Part shown: piece after piece, positions 39,414 to 53,822 of the stretch
Numbering within the stretch: position 1 is the first letter of the stretch
Layout: each line of letters starts with the position of its first letter
Source of the DNA: Octopus vulgaris
Taxonomy: Eukaryota
Assembly: GCA_951406725.2 (NCBI GenBank)
Contig: OX597815.1
Span: 190,960,001 to 191,024,000 of the forward strand
Reading direction: 5' to 3'
DNA length: 64,000 nucleotides
Program-made: the position numbers and the translations under genes
Notes under the pieces: generated by a model
Told to the model about the DNA's origin: nothing
What the model saw: only the letters and a program-made list of their open reading frames with translations
Database searches by the model: none

Positions 39414-40328
39414 CAGGGTGTTCAAAAAGTTTCTCCGCAGTAAATTTTTTCATCCAGTGGATGCCTGGAAAGTGCTCGCATGGCAATAAAAAAAGGAAAA
39501 TTTCTTTCCATACAAAGTGCTGGCCATTCAAGAATTGAAGACTATGGATCATGCTAAAAGGCTTCATTATTGTTATTGGTTCCAAAACTTTGTTGCCGAA
39601 AAAGGCATAGAAGTGCTGGATGGGTCTTTTTACGCCGATGAGACTTGGTTTTTATCTGTTGGGACACATAAATTTGAAAAACACAAGGTTATGGAGCATT
39701 GAGAATCCACACGTGATGTATGAGCAACATCTGCATCCCGTAAAAGTTGGAGTATGGATAGCAATTTCAAGAAAGCGTATTGTGGGACTGATATTTTTTG
39801 GAGACACCATCAACACTGAGGGATATTGCTCAAATATTGTCTATCCATTTGTAGGCCAACTCACTGAAAGTGAAAGTAATAATGCATACTTTCAGCAAGA
39901 TGGAGCTACAGCACATACTTTGTGCATCACCATAGCGCTACTTCAAGGGTTTTTTGGAGAACGGATTATTTCGAAAGGACTTTGGTCACCAAGATCACCT
40001 GATTTAAGACCGCCAGACTTTTTTTGTCTGGGGAGCAAGTAAAGGATCAGTGTACAAGAATCACTTGAAAACCATTAATGAGCTAAAAGACGCAATCATA
40101 ACCTTGACATGGTCCATAGTGCGTCACACTCTCCAAGTTGTATTTCAAAACATATATAGATGAGTCAACTTATGTATTGAAAATGAAGGACGACACTTTC
40201 AACACCTCTTATAAAGTTTTTTTAAAGTCTTGTAAAGTCAAATATATTCTTTTGTAGTCTTATACCATCCTATAAATATTTATTTTCCAATAAAATATTT
40301 ACTGCGGAGAGACTTTTTGAACACCCTG
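39414..40328 (+). mobile_element. Internally deleted Tc1/mariner-superfamily transposon with a frameshifted DD38D transposase remnant (rosa/DD41D-like motifs)
   Basis: 31-bp TIRs cagggtgttcaaaaagtttctccgcagtaaa / tttactgcggagagactttttgaacaccctg, TA on the right. Motifs FYADETWF, FQQDGATAH and WSPRSPDLRPPDFF. Confidence 0.95.
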
Positions 40329-40632
40329 TATATGTAAGTACAGACTCACACACACACATATGTATATATCCATGTGTGTGTGTATATATATATGAAATAT
40401 ATTATTACTAATTACAATCTAAGTGTGTTCTTTTATTCCCCAAGCACCTAAATGAGTGGATCTTTCAAGGCTAATAATGTAGTATTTGTTCTAAAAACAC
40501 ATCCCTGTTAAGCTGGACATAAAGATTACATATATATATATATATAAAGGATCATGAGTAAAGCCAGAACAATGTGAAGTAAATGCAAGGCAAATCCCAA
40601 GAAAACAAATATATGAATTAATGTAGACTTAC

Positions 40633-40650
40633 CTTGCATTCAATATTCAT
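40633..40650 (-). CDS. Weak candidate start exon end (MNIECK) with strong donor
   Basis: ATG AAT ATT GAA TGC AAG|GTAAGT, phase 0, with an in-frame stop upstream. Could be chance. Confidence 0.2.
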
Positions 40651-40823
40651 CAGTTTCTTGAAAATGGGGTCATAACCCCAAAATATTGAATGTAAAATAA
40701 GTCTACGTTAATTCATATATCTATTTTCTTGTGATTTGCCTTGCATTTACTTCACATTGTTCAGGCCTTACCCACAATCCTTTGTAGAATATATTCTACA
40801 CAATGCTTCATAGTAATTATTCC

Positions 40824-40872
<49 letters not shown>

Positions 40873-41577
40873 GTATATATTGCCTATATAGTGTATAGTT
40901 TCTTTAGTCTACCTTTTTTATAGTTGTCAAAAGTGAGAAATGTTTTGTGTTCTAGTCAATAGCTTCAAATATGTGTCTTAGTTTGGGCTCCTTTCTCAAC
41001 AAGCTAATGAACCTTTAATTTTCTAAAGCCATCTGTAAGATATGAAAGCAAAAATGGGTGCTGTTATGGCATTGTGGTTTAGAAATTCACAGTCATGGCA
41101 GAGAATCTTGGAAAAGTGTCTTCTGCTTTGTGAATGAGATTTAGCAGACAAACTATTTTGGAAGCCTACCAAATAGAATTACATCTAGTTTAAACAAACA
41201 AAAAATATCTTTCAAGCTTGATATTAATAGGAATTGCCAAAGGATTTCCAGAAATAAAAATATTTTCTCTCTTGTAATGTTGTGAGAAATAATAACCTTA
41301 ATTCTTCTCTAGTCTGTATCAATTCTTATTTAAAGTTCCTGCCCTCCAAAATGAGTGACAAGTGATGTTTCCTTCAGAATTCATTTTTGCTTTTAGCCTA
41401 GTTTCTTTAGCTGCATGTCCTTCATATCACCAACCACCTTACAGAGAGTACTAAATGTGTTTTACTATATCACAATAACTTAGTAACTTTTTTCACTGGC
41501 ATCTATATGACTATGTAGTGGTTGAAGTAGTCAATTAACCGAAGGTTGACTCTAATTGGGCAAACCTATGATCAAAC

Positions 41578-41945
41578 GTGAGTGGCTGTGTGGTAAGTAG
41601 CTTGCTTACCAACCGCATGGTTCTGGGTTCAGTTCCACAGCATGGCACCTTGCGCAAGTGTCTTCTACTATAGCCTTGGGCCGACCAAAGCCTTGTGAGT
41701 ATATTTGGTAGATGGAAACTGAAAGAAGCCCATCATGTGTTTGTGCATGTGTCTTTGTCCCCACCATCGCTGCATGTCAACTGGTGTTGGTGTGTTACCA
41801 TCCCTGTAACTTAGCAGTTGGGCAAAAGTGACCAATAGAATAAGCACCAGGTTTAACAAAAATGAAAGCACTGGGGTCGATTCATGCAACTAAAATTCCT
41901 CAAGGCAGTGCCCCAGCATGGCCACAGTCTATTGTCTGAAACAAG
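41578..41945 (+). mobile_element. SINE family A (older subfamily)
   Basis: Head and body match. Confidence 0.85.
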
Positions 41946-44900
41946 TGCACCCCCACCCCTACAAAAAAGACATATTCCAGCTGTCACAAACTATCTTCAA
42001 TCACTGAATCATACCTCTTCATTTTCTACTCTATCTGTTCTTCCACCATACAATTATATTAGTCACATCTGTTCTGTATACATAAGCTTATTTACTTTTG
42101 AAAAGGTAGCAGTGACTTCTAATATTCACCACAAGCTTAGTGGCTCAGCTTATGTTTGTTTTATATAATTAAAAACCTGTATTGATAAATATACCGATAA
42201 AAACGTCACCTTTTTCAAGCCTAGCCAGGCTCATGGGCCCAGTTTCCCGGTTTCTGTGGTGTATGTGTTCCCCTAGCTGGACGGGATGTCAGTCCATTGC
42301 AGCGTTACTCAAGAAACAGGAAGAGAGAGTGAGAGAAAGTTGTGGTGAAAGAGTACAACAGGAGTTGCCACTACCCCCTGCCGGAGCCTCACGGCACTTT
42401 TAGGTGTTTTTGCTCAATAAACACACACAACGCCTGGTCTGGGAATCGAAACCGTGTTCCTCCGACTGCGAGTCCGCTGCCCTAACCACTGGGCCATTGC
42501 GCCTCCACATTGATAAATATACATACGCATAAATACTTTCATAAAACTTGAAGGAAACAGTTTGGCTTCCCTATTATACTTAGACTTGCATACTTCTGGG
42601 AGCTCAATGACCATCTATCTCTCTCTCCAAGAATTTAACTTATATTTCTAAGTAAACGCATGCTCGTTACCATTCAAGTGGAGTGGAGTGGAGGAGGAGG
42701 GGAATTCAATGTCATGAACTTTGAATTTTTTGGTCATAAAATCTCAGGTGCATTCTTAAAAGATAAAATGTAAAAATAATTATTTATAGGTTACATAATT
42801 TAATTATTTTTAGATCGAGTCATTATTGATAAAACTGAAAATTTAAAAGTTTGACGTAAATAAGACTTAAGAGGGTTTAAACATGATTTTTCCAATCTAT
42901 TTTAATGACATGATTTTCCAGTCTATTCATATATTAAACTTATCTTCACTTTCTATTGTGTTGAAAAATGATAGATAAATCTTGCTTTGAGTAATAGATA
43001 TGTAAACTGCCTGTGAAATTAAAATCAAGTGAAAAACTAAAGTAAACAAAACCTTATCTCCCAAATAGATAAAGTGAAAGAGACAGCTAGAGTTAATTGT
43101 CTTGCTCTAAGAATGTAATACCTAAGACTGAATACAGACTCACAGATTCTACCTCTGACAGCATCAAATTTAAACGTTGACATCAATAGAATTATTTTCA
43201 GTGTCATACGAGAATTAAGAATAGCTACCTTCAAAAATACAGAAACTGGTGGAATTTTGAAAAAGGGTTGATATGTCAACATAGCAAAGTTTACTCTGCT
43301 AGTTAGTAGGAGGAAGTGGTCTTGTTTGAAATGTAGGAGCTGGGTACTAAGTGGGTACTCAGTGCAAGTAATAGGTACATAAGAGACGCAATGGAATTGC
43401 TAACAAACACACACACAAAAAAAATGAAAAGCAAGGACTGATAGATGTGTAGTCTCTGGTGGTCTGTCCCTGAGTAGTCCTGTGCATGTGAACCTTCTCC
43501 AGTCCTCACTATGCAACCTAGGAGGACCTGTACACTCCCTGCAGAGCATTAAATAGATTACTGGAACTTCAGCTACCATGACTAAACTTCAGACGGATAC
43601 TGGAGTGGTTTCCTGCTGCTCTCAACAAGCAGGTGGGATTTGAACTCAGAAAGCAGGGAGCTGGAAGATATACCTATTTCTTTACTATCCACAAGGGGCT
43701 AAACACAGAGAAGACAAAGAAGGACAGACAAACGGATTAAGTCAATTAGATCAACCCCAGTGCGTAACTGGTACTTATTTAATCGACCCCGAAAGGATGA
43801 AAGGCAAAGTCAACCTCAGCGGAATTTGAACTCAGAACGTAGCGGCAGACGAAATACCGTTAAGCATTTTGCCCAGCGTGTTAACGTTTCTGCCAGTACG
43901 CCGCCTTAAGCTGGAAGATATGCCGTAAAGCATTTCTGTCAATGCATCAGCAATTCTACCACTCACCCACTTGCAAAGTATCATGAGATGAATTGTTTTG
44001 CCTGGTCTGGGATTTGAACACACAATCTAGCTACCATGAGTGCAACATCCTAAATAAACATTAGGCCAGATGTTTTCACATGGAGTAATTACCTGTAGAA
44101 GAACCCATGAAATGAAGGCAACAAATTGTTCAGATACTGCACTAGACATACTTACTAGTTTCTTTTACTTAAGTGTAGTATTTAAAGTAAAGATTAGATA
44201 TTTCTGGCTTCTGTTAACAGCAAAAATGTTTGAACCAATGAGGGAACATCTACATAACCATTAGACGTGCTAGAAAGAGTAGCAAAATATCTCTCATACT
44301 GCAACGCCATCTTAAAAAGGAGAAGCACAAGGATTATGTAATCCTGGGTACAATGCAAGAAAATATATGCATGAGACGGTCAAAGCTGGAATGCCCATGA
44401 TCATAGGTCTGATAGATCAGAGCTAACCTGGGGCTAAATAATATCAACTATATAGGAAAATTGTATGAGGTGATTGTAAGTAGTGGGATACTATATGATA
44501 GTGAGCTATAGGTATTGATTGTAGATGTTCAGAACTGGAGAGAAGTAAAGTGAATATGATCAGTTAGACATGTAATGTTAACCTTTATGAAAGGTGAAAT
44601 AAAAGTAAGGTGAGGGAGAACAGATAGGTATTGAAGAAATCAGCTGTAATGCACAGGTGGGGAGGCATCTGTATTAGTATAGTGATGTGTTGTGAACATT
44701 AGAGATATTGTGATAATTGTTTTAAAGATCCTGGTGAACCAAGTCTGCAATCTGATTTCAGTTCCCAGTTGGAGCCAATTTAATTCCATTTCCTTCTCGA
44801 AATCTGTTCAGAAAGAGTATCTATCACGTAATTATATTTCCCCTAAAAATGTGAAGCCTACCTAAGAAATGAATCAATATGGTTGTGTTTCTGTAATGTG

Positions 44901-45576
44901 AATTCCTAAGTAATTGTCTGTGGACGACACATTGAATAACTTCTATGTGGTACTTGTATAAATTAATTAATCGTTTTACACTGTTCATTTATCCTGTTAA
45001 TTTTAGTTTTGATAATCATGTTGTATTAACTTCCTAAACTCTACAATACTAGGAAAAGGATTACTAAATATTTATGAAAACTGATCAAAGCAACTATTTT
45101 ATAACTATTAGATATTAATTGATCTATTTGTACTGATTTGTAAACATAAGAAACATTGAACTATTTCTGATAATGAAGGAGATGGGTCTACACTTTGTTT
45201 TCATTCTACAAGAAATCTATTAGTATTGATTTGAAAATCGTTAGATGTTCTTCAGCTATAAATAGTTTTATTTGATATAAGTAGTTTTGACCAGCCTGCC
45301 AAAAACAATTTACTAAAAAAATCATAAAAATAGTAAAGCCTAAAGTTAATACACCTGTAAATTTCCCATATAAATATATATCCTTTAAGGAAGGAAAATC
45401 TCTATATCATAAATCCACAGTTGAAGAAAAGAAATAGTTTGATTATTTACAATTTGTTATGTATTAAAAAATATCTAAGCATAGAGAAGCAAAGAAAAGA
45501 CAGTGCAAGGAAGGAAAAATTGAATCGAAATGCACTCATTGTGAACTGAATATAGAAGTTCACTCTTAGACTTAAT

Positions 45577-46963
45577 CATCATCATCATCATCATCATCAT
45601 TTAGCGTCCGTTTTCCATGCTAGCATGGGTTGGACGGTTCTGCTGGGGTCTGTGAAGCCAGAAGGCTTCATCAGGCCCAGTCAAATCTGGCAGTGTTTCT
45701 ACGGCTGGATGCCCTTCCTAACGCCAACCACTCCGTGAGTGTAGTGGGTGCTTTTTACGTGCCACCCGCACTGGTGCCAGCCAGAGCTGGCAAACGGCCA
45801 CGAACGGATGGTGTTTTTTATGTGCCACCGGCACGAGGGCCAGGCGAGGCTGGCAACGAACACGAAACGGGGCGGTGCTGGCAACGGTCGCGAAACGGAA
45901 GGTTCTCTTACATGCCACCGGCACTGGTAACACATCTGCAATTTCCATTGATCGATTTCCATTGATCGATTTCGATTCTGATCCTCACTTGCCTCAATGG
46001 GTCTTCACAAGCAGAGTTTCGACATGCCACCGGCACTGGTAGCACATCCGCAATTTCCATTGATCGATTTCGATTCTGATCCTCACTTGCCTCAACACGT
46101 CTTCACAAGTAGAGTTTTGTGTCCCAAGAAGGGAAGGTATGCATACGTAGGCTGGCTCCATCCCATGTAGAAGGCCACGGGTTGTGGACTCACTTGTCCT
46201 GCCGGGTCTTCTCGCGCACAGCACACTTCCAGAGGTCTCGGTCTCTAGTCATTTCCTCGGTGAGACCTAAAGTTCGAAGGTCGTGCTTCACCACCTCGTC
46301 CCAGGTTTTCCTGGGTCTGCCTCTTCCACAGGTTCCCTCAACCGCTAGGGTGTGGCACTTTTTCACACAACTATCTTCATCCATTCTCGCCACATGACCA
46401 TACCAGCGCAAACGTCTCTCTTGCACACCACAACTGATGCTTCTTAGGTCCAGCTTTTCTCTCAAGGTACTTACACTCTGCCGAGTGTGAGTACTGGCAT
46501 TACACATCCATCGGAGCATACTGGCTTCATTTCTAGCGAGCTTACGCATATCCTCAGCAGTCACGGCCCATGTTTCACTGCCATGTAGCATGGCTGTTCG
46601 TACACACGCATCATACAGTCTGCCTTTCACTCTGTGCGAGAGGCCTTTTGTCACCAGCAGAGGTAAGAGCTCTCTGAACTTTGCCCAAGCTATTCTTACT
46701 CTAGCAGTTACACTTTCAGCACACCCGCCCCCGCTGCTGACTTGGTCACCTAGGTAACGGAAACTATCAACTATTTCTAGTTTTTCTCCCTGGAAAGTGA
46801 CAGAAGTTGGTCTCAGAGCATTTTCAGTGTTTATTGTTCCTGAGCATCTGCCACATACAAAAACCATCTTCCTAGTTAGCCTTCCTTTGACATTGCTGCA
46901 TCTCTTATGTGTCCATAGCTTACACTTGGTGCATCTTATAGAGTTTCTACCTACACCTTTTCT
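45577..46963 (-). mobile_element. Young 5'-truncated RTE-clade LINE (C-terminal ORF intact to the stop at 46190, then 3' UTR and (GAT)n tail)
   Basis: LEIVDSFRYLG...ARVRIAWAKF...AMLHGSETW...RRLRWYGHVARM...GRGRPRKTW are RTE hallmarks. TSD acttaat at 45570-45576 and 46964-46970. Internal 3' UTR duplication of about 110 bp. Confidence 0.95.
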
Positions 46964-47739
46964 ACTTAATATAAATTAAATAATACTGAGAACAAGCCTA
47001 AATTAATTATGCCTTAATTATTTATAGGGAATGTGTTTTCAAAGCTATTTCAGTAAACAAGTATTTTTCCAATGTGATTCAAGATGTAGGAGAGTAAAGT
47101 GCAAAAACATGTTACAGAAAATATGTTTACATCTTATTTCTTTAATGAAGATATTTTACATATGAGGTTAATTAGTAAAAAACACAATTCAATCTTCTTA
47201 GTACTTGTTAATACTTTATTAATCTAATTTTTTCTACTATAGGTGCAAAGCTGGAAAATTTGGAGGTGGTTGGTGTTAGTCAGTTAGATCAACCCCAGTG
47301 CTCAAATCTCAAATGGCACTTATTTTATCAACTCTGAAAGGATGAAAGGCAAAGCCGACTTTGTTGTAACTTGAACTTGGAACATAAGGATTGAAGAAAT
47401 TCTGCTAAACATTTTGTCCAGTCTGCTAATGATTCTGCCACCTTGCTACCTTCATACTTTACTAATATAACAATGAAAAAAACTAGATAACTAATGGAAG
47501 ATAAAAATAGGCAATTAATAAAAGGATTTAGAATTTTTCATCTGCAATGGCTTGGAACTGTTTTGAATAGCAATGATCTATGTGTCTGCCAAAAGTTACC
47601 ATAGGGATAACTGGCTTGTTAAGTCAAAGTGTTTTCAACAATTTCACTCTTTGGTTCTTCGAAACTGGCTTTTTCTTTTTATCATTAGACATAGCTAATG
47701 GAAATGGTGCAGGGGTTGAAACACTGGAGTTGAGTGAAT

Positions 47740-47990
47740 GGAGGGCAAATAGGGATAGGTAAGGAGTTCCACAAGAATACTGTTCCCAGGATGAAGATCT
47801 TGGAAAATATGTTTAACAGGTGAGTTAAAACAGAATGTGAGAATGAACAGATAAGTAAGGCACAAGGAAGTTCATACAAAAAGTACGGAGCAGGAGGGTC
47901 TGGTACACTGAAGATACACCATTTTAATGAAAGGGTATCATTTTTAATGGAACTTTGGGGAGGAATAATAACCAAAATCTAGGCTTTACT
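47740..47990 (-). mobile_element. Decayed 3' end of a CR1/L2-like LINE ORF2
   Basis: IFILGTVFLWNSLP resembles the terminal FFPRTxxLWNSLP motif. Confidence 0.5.
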
Positions 47991-48312
47991 ATTTGGCTCA
48001 TAGTAAGTTGTGGTGTGGCTTATTTTCTGTGTCATATCAGAGACTGTGCCGTGACCTTCAGAATAAATACCTAATTCTACTTAACCTGCAGCTGCTATTG
48101 TACACTTTGTTGAATCACAATGGTGAAAGTCAAGTGTGGAAAGCTTATAGTTGGCCAGCTGTTCAAGTGTCCTATTCTAGTACCGTAACTAAAATGCTGA
48201 AGACATACACATAAGTTTCTATATATATACATACGTGCTTATACATATATGTGTATATATATATATATGTGTGTGTGTATAGATATACATATGAGTGTGT
48301 GTGTGTGTATAG

Positions 48313-48344
<32 letters not shown>

Positions 48345-48577
48345 ATATATATATACACACAAGTGTATATACATACATATATATATAAACAGACACACAA
48401 ACACACACACACACACACGTCATTTGGCATTACAGCTAAATAACAAATACTATGCAGATACTGAAACATAATGAGAAGTATTGTAGAAATAACAGAATTT
48501 CTGAAAATTATAGTAAGTATTGAATTAAACTGTACCTCCTGATGGTACCTATTTATAGCAAGATGGAGAGTAGTTAA

Positions 48578-49024
48578 TCCTTTAGCATTTAAACTGGTTA
48601 TATCTGGTTTAACCCTTTAGCATTTAAACCGGTCATATCTGGCCCAAATATTCTACCTGTTCTATGTTCAAACTGGCTGGATCTGGCTTTGCACACTTAT
48701 CCTACAATGTCATTCTAAGAATCAGTAATCACATCCTCAAAATTTCAATGCTACGATGTTTTTGCATGATTAATTCAAAACAATTTGATTACATATGCCT
48801 TACATTTGACAAAATAATCTGAATACTAAAGGGTTAAATATTCTACCTGTGTTATGCTTAAACCGACCATATCCTACGTTTCACGCCTACCCTATAAAGT
48901 CATTCTAAAAATAAACAATCACATCATTAAAATCTTGAAGCTACAAGATAATGCATGGTTAATTCAAAACAATGTGAATAAATATAATCATTACATTTGA
49001 CAAAGTGATCTGAATGTTAAAGAG
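48578..49024. mobile_element. piggyBac-like MITE with a same-family copy nested inside (48613-48833)
   Basis: Inner copy TTAA|ccctttagcattt...actaaaggg|TTAA. The outer halves rejoin into a second copy. Confidence 0.85.
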
Positions 49025-49899
49025 TTACATGTATTTACTGGGAATATAAGACAATGCCAATGGCATGGAAATTTTCACCAATAGACAGGGAGCTTCCTTG
49101 ATTGGCTGGCAGAGAAAGACTTTGGTTATTTATCATAGATAAAAAGAGAAGCTGAGGTAGTTTCATAGCTCTGATTCAATGATGTTATCGTGAGGATATA
49201 AAATTGAAGTTCTTCTCTTGTTAAAAATGCTTTATACCTTAGGGCAACAAATAAACATTGATTAATACTAAAATAGTTTTGTTAAATAATACACAGAGCA
49301 ATACAAACATACTTTTATGTTAATGAGAGATTAGTGGGGAAAAAGAAACAATATTGAAAGAATTTTACTCTGAAATGGATTGAATTGTCTATAATCAATA
49401 GATATTTAAAAGCAAATTGATCATTTAAAATAAATATTATTTTCAAAGCCTTCATAAACAAACAACAATAACAACAATAGCATTTTCATAGTGGACGCTT
49501 AGTATTTATTTGCAACAAAATGTGGAACAAGGCATTCACTGTCTTTTATTATTTTTTTTATTTTTATTTTCAACAGAAAAAAAAAAAATTGCAAGCAAAA
49601 CAAACTGAAAACAATGCAAATAAAGGAAGAAACACAAAAGAAAGAAAGAAAAAATAACAACCAAAAAACAAGCAGACACAAAAATGATATTTTAATACAA
49701 AGGTGTGCAGACAAATCTCCAATACAGTGCTCCAGCATGGCCTTAGCTTTTATGGTTAAAACAAAGTACAGAACTATAAATAATTAGTTATTGCTATATA
49801 ACTTAATGTTAGAAATAAGAGAGTATTCTTTGGTAAACACACTATTCCTTGATTTCAGAATCGATACAAATCAGGATCTTAATTACTGAGTAAAACTAA

Positions 49900-50180
49900 T
49901 CATCATCATCATCATCATCGTTTAGCGTCCGTTTTCCATGCTAGCATGGGTTGGACGGTTCTACTGGGGTCTGTGAAGCCAGAAGGCTTCATCAGGCCCA
50001 GTCAACTCTGGCAGTGTTTCTACGGCTGGATGCCCTTCCTAACGCCAACCACTCCGTGAGTGTAGTGGGTCCTTTTTACGTGCCACCCGCACTGGTGCCA
50101 GACAGAGCTGGCAAACGGCCACGAACGGATGGTGCTTTTTATGTGCCACCGGCACGAGGGCCAGGCGAGGCTGGCAACGG
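49900..50180 (-). mobile_element. Short 3' fragment of the same young RTE family
   Basis: Nearly identical to about 45577-45860. Confidence 0.92.
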
Positions 50181-51976
50181 ACAAAGATAATAACTATCTA
50201 TAACGAACTATCATAAAACTCTTTTGTAACAACAGAGAAGCAATTATTTCCTAAGCAGCAAAAGGACTCTTCAGAGACAAGGTTTAGTTCCAGCAACTGG
50301 ATGAGAGATAAGGTACCCTGCTTGTCACAGCTAACAGATTCTCAACAGCTAGGTGGAAAAAGACAATGTAGAACAGTGTGCTCTTCCTGGATACACAATA
50401 AAAATGTTTTCTGTAGATTTGGAATTCATCATTTTCCATCAGATTGTCTGACACAAAAGCCATCCAACCATTTTGCAATATGTCATTACTTAACGCTTGT
50501 TTTCCCTGCTGGCATGGGTTGGAGAGTTTGACAGCAGTTGGCAAGCTGAAGGGCCGCACCAGGCCCTAGTCATCTGTTTTGGCATGGTTCTACAGCTCGA
50601 TGTCCTTTCTAATGCCAACCACTTTACATAGCGTATTGGATGCTTTTCACATGGCACCAACACCAGTGCTTTATATGTGGTGCCAGCACGGATCTTTTTT
50701 ACAGTGTATCACTTGGCTCATTCAGTGGTGAAGAGCACAGCTATCTGTGTGAACTGGTGGAAACTGGCGGCATTTTATAAGAACGGTGAAATGAAAACAA
50801 AAAAAACAACAAAAAAATACACCTGAACAAATTTTATTAATTTCTTTTTTTCCTTTGATGTTTTGTAGAAATATGGGAGAAAATGCTTTTTTTTATTTGT
50901 TGCATCAAAGGAAACTCCTTCCATTACACATAGCTGCCATTCTTTTGTTCAATCATTCGATTTTTTGTGATTCAGTAAACACAGAATAATTCTGATAGTG
51001 TTAACAAATAGGTCAGTGTGGATTCACTTTACTAATGGTCTCAAATTTTAACACATGGCCAGCAATATTAGGGGAGGGGGTAAGTTGCTTACATTGGCTC
51101 CAGTGCTCAACTGGAACTTATTGTATGAACCCCCAAAAGGACGAAAAGCAGAGTCAACCTCAATGGCATTTGGACTCAGAATGTAAAGCTGAAAGAGATG
51201 CCCTCAGCATTTTGTCTGATGTGCTAATGATTCTGCTAGCTTGCCCCCTTTAAAATAATAATGGACTCTCCCGTCGAAGACGACATATCAGTTTTCCGCT
51301 TTTGCCAAACGACCTGCACAAATGATTTGTTTATGGTGGTCAGATGTTTGTTTATAGTGATCAAATCAACATTACCTGAACAGGTGCACGGTGTACCATG
51401 CATCAGGTGTCAAAGTAATCACAGAACAATGTGAGATGAAGTGCTTTGCTCAAGAACACAACACATCACCCAGTCTAGGAATTGAAACTACGCTCTTGCA
51501 ATCATGAGAGCAACATCTCAACTACTAGGCCATGCATCATAGTATAATAATACTAATACTACTACTAATGATAATGATAATGATGATAATAATAATTGTT
51601 CCTAGCATAGGCACAAGGCCTGAAATTTTGCAGGATTTGGGTTAGTGGATACCACTGACTCTAGTACTTGACTGGTACTTTATTTTATCAATCCTGAGAG
51701 GATGAAAAGCAACTCTGACTTCAGTGAGATTTGAACTCAGAGATGTAAAGGTGAAAGAAATGCCACTAAGTGTTTTGTCCAGAGTGCTAACAATTTTGCC
51801 TGCTTGCCACTTTGGATTCCTGATACTAGTGTCAGACAGTTAATGAATACTAATTTCAAAAAAATTCTTTTAAAACACATATCTTTGGATTAGTCCATTG
51901 CTTATGAAAGTCACCCTAAACTGAAAGTAAGAAATAACAGAACTCTTCTCTGTACTCAACAATAATTGTGTTAAAC

Positions 51977-52668
51977 CTGTGGTACTCAACTGGGGTCTAT
52001 GTGATTTTTGAAGGTTCATATAAGATTTTGTTGTTAAAATTCATGTGCAATAAATTGGTTACACTTCTACAATGCACAAAATATTTTAACAATTTCTGTT
52101 AAACAATTCTTAATACTATTTAACCCTGTCATTACTGTATTTATTTTGAGATGCTCTGTGTTCCTATCAATTAATTTTAAATATGACAAAGAATTTAGTA
52201 AAATAATTTAGTTATCATTAAGCTAGTGTTAGGAACATAAATTGTGACTAAAGTTTGGTAGAAGATTTTAATTCAGAACTTATGAAAACAAGACATTTTG
52301 TACAAGAAAGCCAGAGGCAGTTTCAGGCAGGTTGGTATCAAAAGGGTTAAATTAATATTTTGTTAACTCTTTTGTTACCATATTTCTGTCGAGATGCTCT
52401 GTGTTTCTTTCAATTAATTTAAAGTATAACAAAGAATTTAGTAAAATAACTTAGTTATCATTAAGCTAGTGTTAGGAACATAAATTGTGACTAAGGTTTG
52501 GTGGAAGATTTTAATTCAAAACTTATGAAAACAAGATACTACAGAGCCAGAGTGAGTTTCAGCCGGGCTGGTAACGAAAGGGTTAATTATAAAATCATAA
52601 TAGTGGTCCCGTAGAGTAAAAAAGCAATCAAAGGGGGTCCATAGGCAAAAATTGGTTGAGAAACAGTG
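51977..52668. mobile_element. hAT-like MITE containing two piggyBac-like MITEs (52124-52346 and 52367-52582)
   Basis: Host ends gtggtactcaactggggtc / ggttgagaaacagtg. Each insert is bounded by TTAA and ends in aaaggg, and the two are highly similar. Confidence 0.8.
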
Positions 52669-53441
52669 GAGTTGAAAAACAGAAAGACAAGTGTACCTTT
52701 TCTCAATATAACTATGCTAATTGACTACATTTTTGTCATTCACTAGTGGGTTTGTTTGAGCAGTTGCAGTCAAACAAAACATTCAGTGATTAGTTATACA
52801 GTGCTCTTGTTATTTACAGCAATGCGCTAAAATATCCTTGTGGAACCCATTTATTGTATTTTTGCTATTAACAGCTCAGGGCATAACAGCTTCATAACCA
52901 CGATATTTTTAACTATATGAAAATAGTTAAAAATACCATATGGCTTTCTTATTTTCTTTTTGCTTTTTTTTGCTCCTTCTTTCCTTTCTGAAAATGTCAG
53001 TGGTCATTATATTCGGAAAACTTGTAGTATTTCAATTATTGATAATTCATTTCTATATCACGGTATATGCAAGTGCATTCATAATTTTGACTTCCCTGTA
53101 ATCAATGTGTGCATGCGTGTGTGTGTATGTGTGTGTGCGCGCGCATGTGTATCTTTATATATATATATCGTTTAGCGTCTGTTTTCCATGCTAGATATAT
53201 ATATATATGTAGTGATCATAGTGAAGTCAATATGTATGCGTTCTCTCCTGTGTTTAATTATTTCAATCCTTTCCCCCGAGGAAAGAATTGGTTTCTAACA
53301 GAGATACAAAGCTCCATCATTGGAATGAAGATAGCGCAAACAATGTGACATTCTAAACTTTAGAAAAGTCTTGCACATTTTTACTGTTCCACTTACAGAT
53401 TGTATTTGTAATGAGCAAGTTAGTTGGTTGTACATATGTAC

Positions 53442-53476
<35 letters not shown>

Positions 53477-53822
53477 TGTATGTATGTATGTATGTATGTA
53501 TGAATGTATGTATGTATGTATATGTGTGTGCATGGATGCATGCATGCATGTGTGCATATGTGTATTCCAATATATAGCTCAACCACTCATTGTTGACTAT
53601 CACTGATCAGGAAAAGACAAGGAACTGACTATTAACCATAAATTTGGTTTGAATATTTCTCCAAAGACAGTACTTTCTTCAAGTTTATATGATACATACA
53701 TTATATATATATATATATATATAAAATTTAAATAATGAGGGTGATAAATTGAATATTAATTTAAAACCAGTAGCCTAGCATATAGAAAAATCTGAAAATT
53801 CAGAAAAATTGTAATACATGCA

